A stretch of 64,000 nucleotides of DNA from Fimbriosthenelais zetlandica (taxonomy: Eukaryota): NCBI GenBank assembly GCA_977030845.1, contig OZ365112.1:5084001-5148000 (forward strand). The letters run 5' to 3'. A program made the translations under genes and the position numbers. Each line of letters opens with the position of its first letter. Within the stretch, counting starts at the first letter, position 1. Shown one piece after another: positions 60,077 through 64,000 of the stretch. Under the pieces are notes generated by a model. That model did not search any database. It had not been told where the DNA came from and saw only the letters and a list, made by a program, of their open reading frames with translations.

Positions 60077-60420
60077 ATAGATGATAACTTGGGTTTGGTA
60101 AGAGATGATAACTTGGGTTGGGTATGATAAATTGGGTTGAGTAAGAGATGATAGTTTGGGTTGGGTGTAATAATTTGGGTTGGGTATGATAACTTGGGTT
60201 GGGTAAGAGATAAATTGGGTTGGGTAAGATATGATAATTTGGGTTGGGTATGATAATTTGGGTTGCGTTGGCCTATATGATCGGCCCCTTCTAGGGTTAC
60301 ACAGGCTCCACCCAGCCTGTTCCTGGAATAGGGATGGAAACTCTATCTAGGGTTGGGTATGAAAACTTGGGTTGGGTTGGGTTGGGTTGGGTATTAATAC
60401 TATTATAATTGGGTTGGCCG
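60077..60420 (+). repeat. GATAA(C/T)TTGGGTTGGGTA repeats in the TECPR1 3' UTR
   Basis: About 10 degenerate units starting 9 nt after the stop codon. Confidence 0.8.
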
Positions 60421-61231
60421 TGAGATAATACAGGCTGCCTGCACTGATTCACTGCTTCCTATTACCGCTCACTCGTGCTATCTTAATGTAATTCACGAGC
60501 TCTATATCATCCTAGGACACTCGTGGCCTCACAAATACGGGTTACTCGTAGGACTGCTTCAATACTCGTGGCATCTGCAATGTGAGGGCCTCAAGTTGAT
60601 GCTCGGCCACGAGTGAGGCTCAACCACGAGTGAGGCTCAACCACGAGTGACTCTTTGTCACGAGTGACGCTCTTGGTGAGGGCACGAGTGTTTGTCACTC
60701 CCTAGGCTCATACATAGCCCGAGTTATGATTCATTTGTATCCCATAATGTCATAAATACGTCATTCTAATGCGTTACTCCGCACATTGCACGAGTGCGAT
60801 TCACATGAGCGTATTGCATGGAGAGATTCTGTAAATAGAAGGCCACCTCAACTTACATAAAGCCTACCCTAACATGGCATGAAACTTACAGCTTCAATAA
60901 TTCAAAAATATGTTATTAGGATTCCTTTAAAAGGATATATACCATTCATTGCCTGTTGGGTAAGAGTGGAAATTATATTTAAATGAAAGATCAAAGTTTA
61001 GATTTCAAGATGTTACCATTAGGGTCAATCTATGTAGTAGTAGTTCAGAATGTCACGTTTTAACAGGGTATTGAAAGTTAAAGATTTAGGTGAAATTTAT
61101 AAATTGACTTAAGTTCATCTGCTGTATAAATTGGATCATTTATCCATGAGAGAGAAGATGATTTTATGTCACAAAGTCTAAGTTTCCATAATTAGTTTCC
61201 ACAATGAATTATTGCTAATTATTGAGAGTTA

Positions 61232-61443
61232 AGGCAGTACTCCAATGCTGTGATTTCACTTACGACACAAGTGCGACAAAGGTGATGTGTGTGTCGCAGT
61301 AATGTACGACTGGAGGACGGTCTTTAGGCCTTGGACTGGTAGTCTGGGCTTTAAGCTGATCCTCCACTGCTGCGATATTGCTTGCGACACCACTTTGTCG
61401 TAGTAGTGTCGCAAGTAATATCGCAGCAGTGGACTCTGGGCTT
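61232..61443. mobile_element. Two adjacent hairpin MITEs of a dispersed CCACTGCTGCGAT / TTGCGACA family
   Basis: 27-bp-arm hairpin at 61364-61432. Related copies lie near 26008, 26193-26285, 55795-55985, 57090-57165 and 58133-58335. Confidence 0.65.
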
Positions 61444-61865
61444 TAGTGGGGCCGGTAGTGCCCAGCGATTGTAGTATTGAGTATGTTATCGTACGTTTTT
61501 ACAGCATTATTAACAGATTATAGTGGTAGCCGAGGTAGATACCGAGAATTACATTCACAATGTGTGTACATATCTACACTGTAATTATAGTGCATTATAT
61601 ATAATACTTACAGGAATATTTTAGGGATATTTATTTATAATTTTCTATCATTTATACATTATTAGCTGTAAGATCTCAATAAGCGAAAGGACAGATTTCT
61701 ATTTCAATTTAAATTAATTAAATTGAAATGATATTACTATTGTTTAATAATTTCTGATTTAAAACCTAGTGACTATGTTAAAAATGATCTTCTTCTGTCC
61801 TAAAAATCATTTATCAAAAATTTGTGAAGGTGTGAAATCGAGTGCTAGAAAAAAGTGTTTTGCCA

Positions 61866-62057
61866 TCATATCTTGAAGTGTTCTTTTCTTGATATTGGAG
61901 GTGTGAGTGTCGATTTATGGGGTATAGTGCTGAAATCAAAGGTCGCATAGATATAGGTGTTAGACAGCTTGATCCATCGGATCCCGTACATAAATAGAAC
62001 CGAGCGAGGTTTGGGACGGGTGAGGTTGATTCTGGATTTATTATGCCTTTGACCACT
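61866..62057 (-). CDS. Putative terminal coding exon of an unidentified minus-strand gene
   Basis: Strong minus-strand acceptor (ATTTATTTACATTTTATTTGTTTTCTAG) before 62057. Two frames stay open, to 61866 and to 61814. Minus-strand AATAAA near 61632. No family recognised, and the true frame is unknown. Confidence 0.3.
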   Translation of the reverse strand, partial: SGQRHNKSRINLTRPKPRSVLFMYGIRWIKLSNTYIYATFDFSTIPHKSTLTPPISRKEHFKI

Positions 62058-62758
62058 AGAAAACAAATAAAATGTAAATAAATGGAAGAAATACAGCTTT
62101 TAATCCACCTTCACAATATCGTCACCTAGAGACAATTTCTATGAGTGTGACGTCACGGGGTGCAATACAAGAAACATTATGGCACTCTGATGGTCGCTTT
62201 AGTGAGTATGTCTTAGTGGTGTTAAAACATTTGGTTCCGACCGTTCGTGGTCTCATAGTGAGATGGTTGCTTTAGTGATAATGTCTTAGTGGGGTTAAAA
62301 CATGACCATTTAGTTTCTGACCATTTAGTGGCCATATTTTGAGGTGGTCGCTTTAGTGAGGCAGTGCGTCTCCACTGTATGTTTTTGTACATTTCCTGAA
62401 GTAATGACTTGATTTTTGTTCCATTTCTTCCACACAGCTGTGATAACAGAGGGCAATACTTCCAAGACTTGTTATCATCATCTGATATCAGTTATCATTG
62501 TTTACATCTTCTTGCTCATCTCTAATCAGGGGCGTATCCACCCTACACACCCCCTCCCCATCTTTCAGACATGACTTATCATTCTTTGGGCCACGAGGCT
62601 ATACGGGCCCCCTGCCTTCCCTCTTTTTAAAAAACCAGGATCCGCCCCTGCTTCTTACTCTATATCTTTATACTGAGGAATGTTACTGAGATTATTTGTT
62701 TATTTTGTGCAAAAAAAAGAAAGGGAACAGTATCTGCTGTGAGCATTGGTTAAGCTTA

Positions 62759-62933
62759 TGCCCGACATCCACTGTACGATCTTTCAGGGCACCGAATAAC
62801 CATTGAAAAATCGGCGCCGATACTAAGTTTTTGGCATCCACCTGCCTCATCATCGGGAGGGATATTTTTTGAGGTCCCGATCGCTTAAGATCGGCAAAAT
62901 CGGGCTGATAATCGGGCTGGTTGATGTCGGGCT
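62759..62933. mobile_element. Harbinger-like MITE, same family as the copy at 6824
   Basis: TTA|TGCCCGACATCCAC ... GTTGATGTCGGGCT|TTA (TTA target-site duplication); internal CATTGAAAAATCGGCGCCGAT shared with the 6824 copy. Confidence 0.75.
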
Positions 62934-63311
62934 TTAGTTAAAGTTGTAGTTGAATGGATCAAGATGCCTGTGAGCCTCGAGTGTGGAGGCACTAAGGCAC
63001 CAAGGCATCCCTCAACTCAATTACTCTCTTGTTATAAATTACTTTATGAATTTGTATTTAGCTTTCTTTTAATTTCTGATTAAGACTTGAATTTATTAGT
63101 AGTTTTTATTTATATTTTTCTGTTCGTTTGACATGAGATAGGCTTACCAGAAATTATATTTTGTTATCTGTCCTAAATATTATGTGATATAAGTATATGT
63201 CTATACTTCCATTACTGTGTTCAAAGTTAATATTCAGTTGATCTGTGATCTAGATATATTAGTCTTTGTAGACAGTATTTAGTTATCAGTAATCTCTATC
63301 TCTATCCTTTA

Positions 63312-63511
63312 TGCTGGGTCCACACAGAGGCGATTTGCCCAAGCGATGCAGAGCGATAGTATATTTCTAGTCACAATCAATGCTTGTAATTTTAAGTCCT
63401 TTAAACCTAGCCTATAGGCTAATCAATGACAAAATTGCAAGCATTGGTTGTGACTAGGAATATACTATCGCCCTGCATCGCCTGGCAAATCGCCTCTGTG
63501 TGGGCCCGGCA
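63312..63511. mobile_element. Palindromic Harbinger-like MITE, second copy of the 56879 family
   Basis: Near-identical termini and an almost full-length fold-back; flanks TTA and TTC. Confidence 0.85.
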
Positions 63512-63543
63512 TTCCTGCAACATTCTGAATTTAAGTCCTTTAA

Positions 63544-63758
63544 AGCCTGTAACACACTAATCCGATTCTCCAACCCGTCGCCATCCGAACCCCAGTTTCT
63601 AATGACATCCAACGATTAAAATTGTGTCAGTGGTTAGCCTTTAATACCGAGGTGTAAGGGACTGTTAAAATTACAAGCATTTGGTGTGAATAGAAATATA
63701 GTTCCGGACAGCTATCGGATGGAGCCGGATAGAGAATCGGATTAGTGTGTTCCAGGCT
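63544..63758. mobile_element. Harbinger-like MITE with a different TIR but the same internal core
   Basis: TAA|AGCCTGTAACACACTAATCCGATTCTC ... GAGAATCGGATTAGTGTGTTCCAGGCT|TAA; core GGACTGTTAAAATTACAAGCATT shared with the 56879 element. Confidence 0.75.
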
Positions 63759-64000
63759 TAAAACAGTACGTGGTGGTCTGAGGTCCACTTTATTTTGTAA
63801 AAAATCAGTTAGGATGGGTGGGGTGTTGGTCTCACCCCAAATTATAGGAATTAAATATAGAGAAAACTTGCCAACTTTTGTGATGGCTCCTAACATTGTC
63901 ACGTGATCACGCGAGGTACCCAGCATATCTCACAGCTAACTTCACACTCACTTTCATGTAGAAGAATACCGGGAGAAGAATAATAATGTAAAATGAACAA

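Overview
This is AT-rich, intron-rich DNA from an animal genome, probably an invertebrate bilaterian; the species cannot be told from the sequence. Exons were assembled by hand, and every junction of the six complete genes was checked for GT-AG ends and reading phase. Gene order: LASP (-, coding exon 1 only; no exon 2 found in the 18 kb to its left), tetraspanin TSPAN13/31 (-), galactokinase GALK1 (+), CIAO3/NARFL (-), MLST8 (+), BRI3 (-), TECPR1 (+, 23 coding exons), and a weakly supported unidentified terminal exon (-). The six complete genes form three consecutive head-to-head pairs. Main observations: (1) all six complete genes carry local tandem duplications spanning their own splice sites, giving decoy donors or acceptors (up to 17 copies) that are mostly stop-containing, sometimes in-frame and sometimes AG-inactivated; (2) two clear U12 minor-spliceosome introns, in TSPAN and MLST8; (3) an intronic minisatellite built from the tRNA-like 5' head of a SINE; (4) a divergent BRI3-TECPR1 pair that I recall also being neighbours in human. 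Introns hold many Tc1/mariner-type and Harbinger-type MITEs and tRNA-derived SINEs. No functional tRNA, rRNA or CRISPR array is supported. Family names and human comparisons come from recall, not from database searches.
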